Assembly (NCBI GenBank): GCA_013416795.1
Contig: RQSC01000009.1
Location: 154,480 to 218,479, forward strand
Direction of reading: 5' to 3'
DNA: 64,000 nucleotides
Source of the DNA: Prasinococcaceae sp. CCMP 1430
Taxonomy: Eukaryota; Plantae; Prasinodermophyta
In this document: positions 1-10,623 of the stretch, one piece after another
Numbering within the stretch: position 1 is the stretch's first letter
How the letters are laid out: each line of letters begins with the position of its first letter
Notes under the pieces: generated by a model
The model's input: the letters and a program-made list of their open reading frames with translations, nothing else
Databases searched by the model: none
Told to the model about the DNA's origin: nothing
Position numbers and translations under genes: made by a program

Positions 1-61
1 CGGCCTGAGCTCGGCCGAGATCGCATCGATCAAGGCTCTGCTGTCCGCCGTTGCGGTATGA
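1..61 (+). CDS. Possible 3' end of a gene entering from upstream (GLSSAEIASIKALLSAVAV*)
   Basis: Open frame with C/G-ending codons ending at TGA 59-61; too short to identify. Confidence 0.25.
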   Translation, partial: GLSSAEIASIKALLSAVAV

Positions 62-340
62 CCCGCGCCCCCGTTGCCTTGGTCGGGCGGTGGTCAAGGC
101 ACGCCGGGCTCCTGGCGTCTCTCAGAGAATCGGCGCCGATGCGCGGCCCGCGGCGCAAATCAGCGTAGGCAGCTGCCGCGGCAGCGCGTGCGCGCCGCCA
201 TAATCCAGCACACTCGCATCCAATACCTTCGAGACGAATGAGTCGAGGCGCGTCGCCGCGGCTCGAGTCTTGCATCGAGGAAGGGATGCTTATAGCTATG
301 TTACAAGGAAAATGCGCGCGGGGCGGGATGGTGAGCAGCA

Positions 341-810
341 TCATCTCGACGAACGCTTCTTCTTCTTCTGCGGCGTGGCGCCATTCTTCCCCTGGCCCTT
401 GCCGCCGTTGCCCTTCCCCTTACTTTTGTCGCCATCGCCAACGGCCTCCTGTTGCGCGCGCCCCACGCACGCGCCGAGGAGAGGGTCAGGGGGCATGGTG
501 GCGGCGAATCGCACGCTTGAGCGCGCTCTTGCACCCTAACAGCCCGATCGGCGAAGGCGGGGCTCCAAGCGCGCACACGGACCTTGCCGTCCAGCTTCTC
601 CGCGGAGGGCAGCCACTTCACCGGGTTCTGGTTGAAATATGGCCAGTCGGGCACCGCCGCGACGAACGCCAGCAGCACCCCCGCTGCGTACACCACGAGC
701 ATGAGGTTGTAGCTCTCGCGCACGTAGCCAATCACCAGCGCGAGCAGCATGAACGCGAACACGATGCCCTGGTAGAGCTGCTCGCTGAGCTCCTGCCCCT
801 TGAAGTCCAT
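341..810 (-). CDS. SPCS1: Signal peptidase complex subunit 1 (SPC12), 2 exons (810-583, 448-341)
   Basis: MDFKGQELSEQLYQGI...two TM helices...VPDWPYFNQNPVKWLP is the SPC12 signature. GT-AG intron 582-449; Lys-rich tail ends at TGA 343-341. Confidence 0.9.
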
Positions 811-1020
811 GGCCGCGGGCGGCGCGGCGCGGCGCGGCGCGCGCGGCGCAGCGCGGGCTTCTCTCTCAGGCCGCAGTCCAGAGCAGACACAGTCCGTAGC
901 TGCTGGTGCGCGCGCGGCGGCGCCCACTCCCGCGCCTGCCCGGCGCGGCGGGGGGTGAAACGACGGCCACGGCGAAGGCGCGCGGCCGCCCCATTCGCGC
1001 CGCGCGCGGCGCGCGCTCAC

Positions 1021-1326
1021 CTTGTCGTAGTGGTTGTCACTCCAGATGGGCTCCTCCATGCTCTGCCAGACCTTAAACGCCTTGAGGCGAGACTCGAGCA
1101 GCCATTCGGGCTCCCCCTTCTTCGCGGAGATGAGGCGCACGGTATCCTCGGTGAGACCCTTGTCGATGGTCTCAGACTCGATCTCCGTCTTCCACCCGTG
1201 CTTGTACGGCTTTGCGAGCAGCTTGTTGAGCCGCTCGGTCTCGGTGAGCTCCTCCTCTTCGGCCGCCGGCGCCGCGGCGGCGCCCGACGCCGCCGTCTCC
1301 GCGCCTACGCCAACAGCAGCCGCCAT
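1021..1326 (-). CDS. sufB: Plastid Fe-S assembly protein SufB, N-terminal exon only
   Basis: YKHGWKTEIESETIDKGLTEDTVRLISAKKGEPEWLLESRLKAFKVW..MEEPIWSDNHY matches the SufB N-terminus. A GTGAGC donor follows at 1020; no downstream SufB exons in the window. Confidence 0.85.
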
Positions 1327-1558
1327 CAAAACGCACTCGGCCTGCGCGGCCCATGCGAACTGATGGCGCCGCGCCGCTCCGCCTTTTTTTTCCGCGTGCT
1401 TTTCGGGCGAATATTCGCGGCAAAAGAAAGCGCGCGAAAGAAAACAGAAACAGGGGCGACGCGCTGCTGGAGGGGGCGCGTGGCCAGCGGGCGGTCTTAC
1501 ACGAGCCGAGCCAGGCGCGGCGCTGCGGCTGCTGGGGCCCTCGGCGCTGGCATCGCGC

Positions 1559-2630
1559 TCACGCCGCCTTGATGCACTCGTCGACGTCCGCCGGTGCGAA
1601 GATGAGCTCGCCGTTGCTCTCCAGCTGGACCTGGTAGACGGCCGCGGGGTCCCCTGCAGCCCACTGCGGGTGGCGCCACCAGTGGGCGACGACCTTCCCG
1701 TGGACGAGCTCGCCCGCGTTGCACACAACGCGCGTGCCGACTGCGAAGCGCGGGGTGGCGCCACACACGTCCAGCACGCTGTCGAGCACTTCAATCGCGC
1801 CGTGCTCCCTAACTCCCGCAAATCCCGGGCCCTCCGCCCAACCGCGAAGAAAGAACGCCAACTCCGCGCGCTTCGTGTCGCCATCAGCGCCCGGATCGCA
1901 GCACAGGCAGGCCACCGCCGCGGCCATGCCCATGCCGCGGTTCAAGTTGAAGATGTTGAAACCCTTGCCAGCTGCGTTTTTCGCATTCTCTGCGTGCCGC
2001 TTCAGGCTCTCGCCAAGCGATATGAGCGTGCGCGCGGACAGCGGCGCACGAGAGCCATCCGACACCGCCGACAGCATGGTGTGCGTGCGCTTGATCGCGA
2101 GGCTCATGTCGCCCGCCGCGCCGATCGCAGCAGCACACGCCTCGTCGATGAGGTCCATCTCCGCCGCGACCGCCGGCGGCGGCGCTCCGGCTGTGCTCAT
2201 GTCGACGTCCCCGGACTCAGCCGACTGCATCGCCATGCACACGGCCTCCGCCGCGTCGAGGTACGCGTTGTAGGCTGCGACGACATCGTCGAGGTCACCG
2301 TCAGCGCCTGCTGCGAGAATCACATCCCACGTGAGTGCCGTCGGCGGCATGAAGTTCAAGCCCACTGTGCTACTGTCTACTGCCTCGGTCGCCGCGATGA
2401 GCGCGTCGATGTAGGCACGGTACGCGGCGAGCGCCTCCTTGCGCGCTCCGCCCACCACTGCCTTGCGCGCCGCGGCGAGCTCCACAGCGGCGGGTTCGTT
2501 CGCCCCCGCGCCCCCGCCCACTCCCGCTCCAACTTCCGCACTCGCGCTCGCCCGCCCCGTGATCCCACACCGGCGCGCTTGCCGCGCCAGCCTCGGCGCC
2601 GCCGCACGCCCCGGCCGCCTCGCAGCGCCC
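1559..2630 (-). CDS. Hypothetical Ala-rich protein with a C-terminal SH3-like module (RFAVGTRVVCN...YQVQL...LIFAPADVDECI); 5' end truncated at N 2631
   Basis: Long ORF with coding-type codon use. The C-terminal motif resembles an uncharacterised domain I recall from algal/stramenopile proteins. Confidence 0.6.
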
Positions 2631-2717
2631 NTGTGACACTTGGTAAGGGCATGTACACGTACTATTACAAAGTCGTACAACAGGGGCACAGCCGTGGGCC
2701 GACGCCATGGACCGGCG

Positions 2718-3072
2718 TCATGCGGCCTTGTCGTCAGCAGCGGCCCCGCTCACCGCCGAGGGCGCTTCGACTGCCCGCAGCTTGCGTTGCGGCAGCGCAG
2801 CCCGCAGCGCGGCGCCCCAGTCGCCGCCATTGGCGTGAGCGAGGTGAAGCGCCGCCACGCACTGGTCGACTGTCAGAATAGTGACCGACGGCACGCTGGC
2901 GCCCAGCGTCTCGGCCAGCGGCAGCCGCCGCGCACACACACCGCTCGCTCGCGCGCCGTTGAGTGTGGTCTGCACCGAGCGCTTGTAATCACAGAGCCCC
3001 CCTACGACGTACACAGCGTCCTTCGCGACCTCGCGCAGAGGCTCTTCCGCATCGGGGGACATGACGACGATC
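2718..3072 (-). CDS. TRM10: tRNA m1G9/m1A9 methyltransferase (Trm10-type SPOUT) C-terminal exon
   Basis: MSPDAEEPL...VYVVGGLCD...ARRLPL...LTVDQ...[14 protein letters not shown] fits the Trm10 C-terminal half. It is preceded by branch GCTGAC and acceptor CAG (3075-3073); upstream exons are absent. Confidence 0.7.
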
Positions 3073-3336
3073 CTGACGGGAGTTCCTCTCGCGGCTCCGC
3101 GCATCGTCAGCAACGCGCGGCGCCCGGCGACGACGAGGGAAGGAGAGAGGGACAGGGGGGGGTGGGGCGCGGCGCGGCGCGCGCCGTGGCACTTGTGGCG
3201 CGCCGCGCGCCGCTGCAGCCACCGTCGTGTCGCAGCCCCGCTCCGTTTCATCTTTTCTTTCGCGCAGCGGAAAATTCCGCTGCTCCTTTCCGCTGTATCT
3301 GTCAGAACCGACGAAAGGAAACTTTTTAAAATAATT

Positions 3337-5366
3337 TTAGTACACGCGCTGCGTGCGGCGCGGCGGCGAGCGGCGCGGCCGCTCGTGTCAGCGATGGGCA
3401 CGCATGTCGGTGCGCGAGAGGGCCAAGGGAGGGAGGGGGGAAGGGGGCGCCAAAGCGAGGGGGGCGCGCGCGGAGGCAGCGCACGCAAAGGATCGAGCTC
3501 GAAAGGGCGGGCTGTCAGCGCTCTAGGCCCTTCACGCGCATCGCGTACCTTCACAGGCACCACGTGGTGCATCTCGTCGTCCAGCGGCTGGTCGTGCACG
3601 GGTCTGTAATCGAGGCGCGTCTTGCCGGTCGTCGCGTCTGTCCACCCGAGCGTGTGCTTCATCCATTCCTTGTCATCACGGTCGGGATAGTCTTCGTGCG
3701 CGTGCGCGCCGCGCGACTCCTTGCGCGCCTCCGCCGAGTGCATGGTGATGGCCGCGTTCTCCAGCAGGTTCTGCAGCTCGAGCGTCTCAATGAGGTCCGA
3801 GTTCCACGTCATTGAGCGGTCGCTGATGCCCACGTCGTCGATGAACTCTCTGTAGATGGCGTCAATCTCGGCGACGCCCTCCTTCATGGTCTCCGAGGTG
3901 CGGAACACCGCCGCGTTGTTCTGCATACTCCGCTGCAGCTTGCCCCGGAGCTGCGCCGTGGTCGAGCCGCCCTTGGAGTAGCGCAGCTTGTCGAGGCGCG
4001 CGATGTGCTCCTCGCCGAAGTTGGCCGGCAGCTCCTTGTGCGGGCGGCCGGGCGTGTCGGTCTCAGCGATGCGGTTGGCGCATGCGCGACCGAACACCAC
4101 GATGTCGAGCAGCGAGTTGGCGCCCAGGCGGTTGGCGCCGTGCACCGACGCCGACGCGGCCTCGCCGGCCGCCAGCAGGCCCGGCACCACGCGGTCGGGG
4201 TCGTCCTTGGTGGGGCTGAGCACCTCGCCGTGGTAGTTGGTCGGGATGCCGCCCATGTTGTAGTGCACGGTGGGAATCACGGGGATGGGCTCCTTGGTGA
4301 CGTCGACGCCCGCGAAGATGGCGGCGGTCTCCGAGATGCCGGGCAAGCGCTCCGCGAGCGTCTCCGGCGGGATGTGATTCAAGTGCAGGTAGATGTGGTC
4401 CTTGTCGGGCCCAACGCCGCGGCCCGCGCGGATCTCCATGGTCATCGAGCGGCTCACGACGTCGCGCGAGGCGAGATCCTTTGCGGTGGGCGCGTAGCGC
4501 TCCATGAAGCGCTCGCCCTCCGAGTTGCGCAGGATGCCGCCCTCGCCGCGGCTACCCTCGGTGATGAGGCAGCCAGCGCCGTAGATGCCCGTGGGGTGGA
4601 ACTGCACGAACTCGAGGTCCTGTAGCGGCAGGCCCGCGCGCGTCACCATCGCGCCGCCGTCGCCGGTGCATGTGTGCGCCGAGGTGGCGGAGAAGTACGC
4701 GCGGCCGTAGCCCCCCGTGGCGAGCACGGTCTTGTGCGAGCGGAAGCGGTGCAGCGTGCCGTCCTCCATGCACATGGCGAGCACGCCCACGCACTCGCCC
4801 TCGTCCATCAGCAGGTCGAGCGCGAAGTACTCCACGAAGAACTTGGTGTTGTGGCGCATGGCCTGGCCGTACAGCGTGTGCAGCAGCGCGTGTCCCGTGC
4901 GGTCGGCCGCGCACGCGCAGCGGTACGCCTGGCCGCCCTTGCCGAACTCCAGGGACTGCCCGCCGAACGCACGCTGATAGATCTCGCCCTTCTCGTTCCT
5001 CGAGAACGGCAGGCCGTAGTTCTCCAGCTCGATCACCGCCTTCGGCGCCTCGCGGCACATGTACTGGATGGCGTCCTGGTCGCCCAGCCAGTCGGAGCCC
5101 TTGATGGTGTCGTACGCGTGCCAGCGCCAGTCATCCTCAGTGCGGTTGCCCAGCGCCGCGTTGATGCCGCCCTGCGCAGCGACGGTGTGCGAGCGCGTCG
5201 GGAAGAGCTTGGTGATGCACGCCGTGTTGAAGCCGTTCTCGCTCAGGCCGATGGCGGCGCGCAGGCCCGCGCCGCCGGCGCCCACCACCACCGCATCATA
5301 CTCGTGATCGATCACTGTGTAGTCGCCCACCGTCGCCGTCTGGAGGCCGCGCGACGCAGCCGCGCC
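3337..5366 (-). CDS. SDH1: Succinate dehydrogenase flavoprotein subunit (exons 5366-3549 and 3348-3337; presequence exon lies in or beyond gap 5567-5674)
   Basis: FAD motif [50 protein letters not shown]; last mini-exon RVY* follows GT-AG intron 3548-3349. Confidence 0.97.
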
Positions 5367-5501
5367 CTGCTTGGGAGGCGCGCGCGGTAGGGGCGGCCAG
5401 GCGGATCGCGTCGAGTCAGCGGCAGCTAGAGCGCGCGGTGAAGCGCCTATCCTCCTCGTCTCCTCCGCGCGCGCCTCGCCCAGCCCCGCGCCCCGCGCCC
5501 G

Positions 5502-5566
5502 CACACCACACCACACCACACCACACCACACCACACCACACCACACCACACCACACCACACCACAC
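5502..5566 (+). repeat. (CACCA)n pentanucleotide microsatellite running into an N-gap
   Basis: Read directly from the sequence. Confidence 0.95.
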
Positions 5567-6328
5567 NNNNNNNNNNNNNNNNNNNNNNNNNNNNNNNNNN
5601 NNNNNNNNNNNNNNNNNNNNNNNNNNNNNNNNNNNNNNNNNNNNNNNNNNNNNNNNNNNNNNNNNNNNNNNNNNAGCCCCGAGCGAGCGCGCCTCCCCAA
5701 GGCCGCGGCCAGCGAGCCCGCCCCCGGTGGCGGCCGCGGCCCACCAACAGCCGCGGACGGCGCGCCGGCCGAGCAGTAGTAATACAGTAATTGCCGCGAG
5801 CCCCGCCTCCGTTTGGCGCGCGCGCGCGGTCCGCGACGGCCCGGCGTCGGGACGCGATGTTCCCAGTCATTCGCCCGCCTCGAGGGTGCCTGCTTGCTTG
5901 GTCGGGCGCGCAAAGACTTTGACTTTGTGTCAGATTGGCCGAAACGCCTTCTTGGATCTTGCTCGTGCTCTTTAGGCTGTGGTGCGTGGCAGGCGTGCGT
6001 GCGCGCGGCACGTACAGTACCATCAGATGGTACGTACCATCAAATGGCATGCGCGCCGCGCCGCGCGGGCGATGTGATGTGTCGCGCGCGGCCCCTCGCG
6101 CGCGCCGGCGAGGGCGCGCGCCGGCGAGGGCCCGAGAGCTGCGGTGGGGTCATGGGCGCCGGACCCCCACGGAGGGGGTCCCGCCGCCAATATCAGAATT
6201 ACGGGGTAGTCAACAAAAAAAGGGCGAGGGCCGCGCGGGTCGCGCGACGCCCGGCTCTCTGGGGTAGGGTAGTAGGGGAGGGGGGAGGGGCCCGTGCTGC
6301 AGTGGGATGGCCGGCGCGGCATCGGGGC

Positions 6329-7775
6329 TTAGTTGCCCTTGCGCTGCTTCTCGACCTTCGCCTTGGTCTCGGCGGCGGCGATCTTCTGCAGGTCGAACAT
6401 GCGCTCGAGCGCGTGCATGTTCTCGATGGTCTCCGCGACCGTGCGCACGTCGCCGTCCGAGCGCAGCGCCTGCATGGGCCCGTGCAGCAGCTTGTTCATC
6501 ACGCCGCGCGAGAGCTCCTCCACCGCTTTGCGCTCCTTCTTCGTCAGGTCGCCCATCCTGCCCAGGGCCTTCTCCAGCTCCGACACGCGGATGTCCTCGG
6601 CCATCGAGCGAAGGCGCTTGATGGTGGGCACGGTCTCCAGCGAGTCCCTCCAGCTCTCGAAGGTCGCGAGCTCGTCCGCCAGCACGCCCTCGGCCATCTT
6701 GGCGCGGCGCAGGCGCTCCGCCTTGTTGGCCTCCACGACCTCCTTGAGGTCGTCCACGTTGTACACGGCCGAACCCTCCAGGTCGGCCACCTCAGCCCCC
6801 ACGTTGCGCGGCACGGAGATGTCGACGTACCGCCGCACGCCGTCCACGGCCGCGCTCGCAGCCGGCAGCCCCGCGCAGTTGTCCTCGGTGAGCAGCAGGT
6901 CGGTCGAGCCCGACGCAACGAACACCAAGTCTGACTCGCCCACCACCCGCAGCATCTCGGGCATCAGCTGGATGTCGAACTCGACGTCCGGGAAGTCCTC
7001 GGCCAGCGCCTCCGCGCGCGGCATGCTGCGGTTGAGCAGCGTCACCTTCTTGACGCCCTTGCTCTGTGCGTGCTTCACCAGCAGGCGGCTCATCGTGCCC
7101 GCGCCGATGATGGCGATGCTCGCGTCCTCGAGCGGCGCGTCGAGCTTCATCTGCATCAGCTCGACCGCCGCGGAGGACACCGACACCGCGCCCTCCGTCA
7201 GCCGGCACTCGGCGCGCGCGCGCTTGCCGCACGTCACCGCCTGCTTGAACAGCCCGTTGAGGTTGCGCCCGAACCCCTCGATGTCCTGCCCGAGCTGGTA
7301 CACGTTCTTCACCTGCGCCAGGATCTGGCCCTCGCCGAGGACGAGCGACTCGAGGCCGCTCGACACGCGCAGGAGGTGCATCACGGCGTCGCGGTCGCGC
7401 AGCACGAACAGGTACGGCGTGAGCTCCTCCTCGGTCACGCCGCCGTACTTGCACATCCAGTCCATGACCTCCCGGGCGCCGCGCTGCCAGGACACGGCCT
7501 GCACGTACACCTCCATGCGGTTGCAGGTGGAGAGGATGCCGGCCTCCTCGATGTGGGGCATGGCCGTGAGCTCGGCGATGGCCGTCGCCCACTCCTGCTC
7601 GGGCACGGCCACCTTCTCGCGCAGCGAGACGGGCGTGGAGTGCACCGTCAGGCCGATCGAGATGAGGGCCGGCTTCTCGCTCACGTAGCGGTCCGCCCCG
7701 CCGTTGCCGAGCGCGGCGAGCGCGCGCGACGAGGACGCGGCCGACGCGGGCCGGTGCGAGACGGGCATGCGCCCC
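6329..7775 (-). CDS. HEMA: Glutamyl-tRNA reductase, intronless; transit peptide cut at N 7776
   Basis: Catalytic STCNRME, SLVLGEGQILAQVK, GAVSVSSAAVEL, IIGAGTM, DISVPRN, NVDDLK, NKLLHGP motifs. Confidence 0.97.
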
Positions 7776-7776
7776 N

Positions 7777-8043
7777 GGCGGCCGCTGCGGCCGCCGCACG
7801 CAGCATGATGTCGCGGTCCTCCTGCGATGCGAGGCTGGCGCGCGAGTCGCGCAGGAGCTCCTGCAGCTCAGTGCGCCGCCCTTCGGCCGCCAGGCGCGCG
7901 GCAGCCGCCGCATAGATGGTGCTCGCTCCCAGGCGAAACTCGGTTGTGACACGCAACGCGAGGCTCGACGCGTCGGGTCCACCAGCGACGAGCAGGGCCT
8001 CGGCCGCCGCTGCCCGCCGTGCGTGCACGCGCTTCTCGCGCAC
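7777..8043 (-). CDS. ZFYVE26: Internal exon fragment of a spastizin (SPG15)-like protein C-terminal region
   Basis: RRAAAAEALL...SLALRVTTEFRLGASTIYAAAAARLAAE...LQELLRD...DRDIMLRAAA resembles, from memory, plant ZFYVE26 (RRCEIAETL..DLAFQVIYEFNLPAVDIYAGVAASLAER). Acceptor CGCAG at 8044. Confidence 0.6.
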
Positions 8044-10369
8044 CTGCGCGCGTGTGAGGGCGTCGGACGAGGTGGGGCGCTTGCGGGTGAGCACACGGCG
8101 CAGAGCGCGCAAGCAAGAGCACAGCGCGGTGATGGCGCGAAAGCACTCTCTAGCATGGACGCGCGCAAACTCGTACGTCTTCCTGATCACGCGCCACGAG
8201 GCCCCAGTCGGACGCCGGCCGCGCGCGCGCGTCGTCTGCCGACGTCCCGCGAAGCCGCGGCCGCAGGGCGCGCTTCCCCCGCGAATTCAAGCCCGGGCAA
8301 TATAGCACCGCGCGGATTTCAAGCCCGCGGGACGCGGAGATCCGCCCGCGCGCCGCGCGCGCGCGACGCCGAGATCCCGATCGCGCGCCCGCGCGGATTG
8401 CGGAATGGAACCCACGCGGAATCCACGCCGTTTTGCGGCTCTGCATGCGGAATCCACCCGCGGAATCGCAGGCGAAAAAGGAAGGGGGGTCGGCGAGGCG
8501 GATGCCGCGCGCGCGCGCGCCGCGCGCGCGCGCGCGCGCGCATAGGGGTTCGCATGCCCACCGCCCGCGGGCTAATCCGCGCGACGACGACGCTTGTTCC
8601 GCGCGGCAATCTTTGTGGTTTCGAAATTGAGGGTTTGCAAAAACAAACAAACGGGGAGCGAAAAAGGCGGTCGGTCCGTCCGGTCGTGGGCATATTGCGC
8701 GTGCTTCTCGCGGCGTTTCGACGCTTCGACGCGCGCGTCGCGCCTTCCCCGCGTTTTTATTTCTTTTTCTTTTTTCTTTTTTCTTTTTTCTTTTTTCGGT
8801 CCCGGGGCCGTGTGGGCGTCGGTGCGTGGGAGCGGCGGGTGAGGTCATGAAGAAGAAGGAGGGGCGAGGGCGCGGATCGCAGCCCCGGTGAAATCCCGAC
8901 GCCGCCCCCGCGAAGCCGGGGCGGCGTCGAGCGCGTGACACCGGGCGAAACATCCGCCTGGCGAGGGACGCGCCTTCGGAGTTGGCGTTTTGATGTTGCC
9001 TGCGAGAGTGTCCCCATCAAATCGCATCGGGCCGTCGTGCGAGCGCTGAGGTTGGGGTTTCGGCGCGCGCGCGCGCGCGCGGGGAAGATCTTTACGGCGC
9101 GCCGCGTTCGCCCCCGCGACTCCGCGGAATCGCGCGCGTTCGCGCGCGCGTTTGCATCGAGCGCGCTCGTCGAGCGCGGGGAGCCCGCGGCGGAGGAGGA
9201 GGAGGAGCAGGAGGAGGGCGCCGCCGCCGCCGCGAGCTGCGCGGCCCATCGGAGGGGGCGAGCGAGAGGCTCCGGTGCATGCGGCGCGCGCGATCGGCGG
9301 GAGCGGCGGGCGGAGAATGGGCGGGAGGAGGGGGCTCGGCGTGCGGCGCGCGCTCCCCGCACCCGCAGACACACACAAAAAAACGCTTCGCGCGCGCGGA
9401 ATTTCGCGCGGCGTCGCTTCGCCGCGGCGGAGCCGTACGGATCGCGATCGCGACCCGCCGCGGCGCCACGCGGCCACGCCCCGGCGACGGCGCTCGGCGG
9501 AGCGCGCCTCGGGCTCTGCGCGCGGGCGCAGCAGGCGGAGGGAGGGGGGGGGGTTAAGGGAGGCGGAGGCACGCACGACGAGGACGGTGGGAGAGGGGAG
9601 AGGCGTCCGACCGACCGACCGAGGGCGCTGCAGCGCAGCGGAGCCGAGCGGCGGCGGTGCGGGGATCTCCATCCTCGCGCAGACGCACTGCCGGCGCCGG
9701 CCGGCGGCCCACCCAGGCTCGATCGACCGGGGCGCGGGGAAGGGGGGCGGCGCGATCTCCCCCGAGCGAGCGAGCGAGCAAGGGCGAGCGGGACGCGCAG
9801 GCTCGGCGCCAGCGGCGGCGACGCCAGCGCGGACACGCCGGACGACGGCTCCCCTCGCTCGTCGTCACGCACCCCTCCACCGACGCTGCCTCGGAAAATG
9901 TTAACCCTATTAAATATTACCTCAAATACTAAAACCTAAACTCGCGGCCGCGCGGCCGCCCGGCCGCGCGCGCGCGCGTTCGCGCACCCCTCAAAAAAAA
10001 AAAAGAGAGGGACCCGCCGACGTTCGCTCTGACCTCGCCTCGGCGCCGCCCCGGCGTCTTTATCCGCGCCTTAATTCGGCGGAAAAGAAGGGGGGGGTCG
10101 CAGGTCAGTCCGAGTTCGATCGGGCCAAAAAAAAACTTGCCGCGTCGACATCCCCACCAACACCCAGCGTACCAGACGGCAGATGGCAGGACTTTCGGGG
10201 CACGTTCCGCATGTTTCACATTAATTATGATAACTTGGAAGACTGTGGTATTCCGTCGATTTGCAACGTCGATGTGGAGGGGGGAGGTGTGAGGCCGCAT
10301 CAGCCGGATCTGGATCTCGTCGGGATCGGATCGCGACGGCGACGGCCTGCGCAGCGCGCTCTGCGCGCG

Positions 10370-10382
10370 TGCGCGCGCGTGT

Positions 10383-10413
<31 letters not shown>

Positions 10414-10471
10414 CGTGTGCGTGTGTGTGTGTGCGTGTGTGTGCGTGTGTGTGTGCGCACGTGTGTGTGTT

Positions 10472-10545
<74 letters not shown>

Positions 10546-10547
10546 CG
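10370..10547 (+). repeat. Compound (GT)n/(CT)n microsatellite adjacent to N-gap 10548-10623
   Basis: Read directly from the sequence. Confidence 0.95.
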
Positions 10548-10623
10548 NNNNNNNNNNNNNNNNNNNNNNNNNNNNNNNNNNNNNNNNNNNNNNNNNNNNN
10601 NNNNNNNNNNNNNNNNNNNNNNN

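Noticed and set aside
2718-6050. Apparent 1110-aa SDH1-Trm10 fusion ORF
   Set aside because: It exists only by reading through the 200-nt SDH1 intron; the spliced SDH1 ends normally at RVY* (3337).
8989-9021. 7-bp hairpin TTTGATG...CATCAAA with TGCCTGCG, reminiscent of the TPP riboswitch 3' end
   Set aside because: The CTGAGA and other TPP core motifs are absent, and the stem is short enough to occur by chance.
10095-10135. GAGTTCGATC (B-box/T-loop-like) followed by an A-run
   Set aside because: No cloverleaf or A-box can be built; not enough for a tRNA or SINE call.
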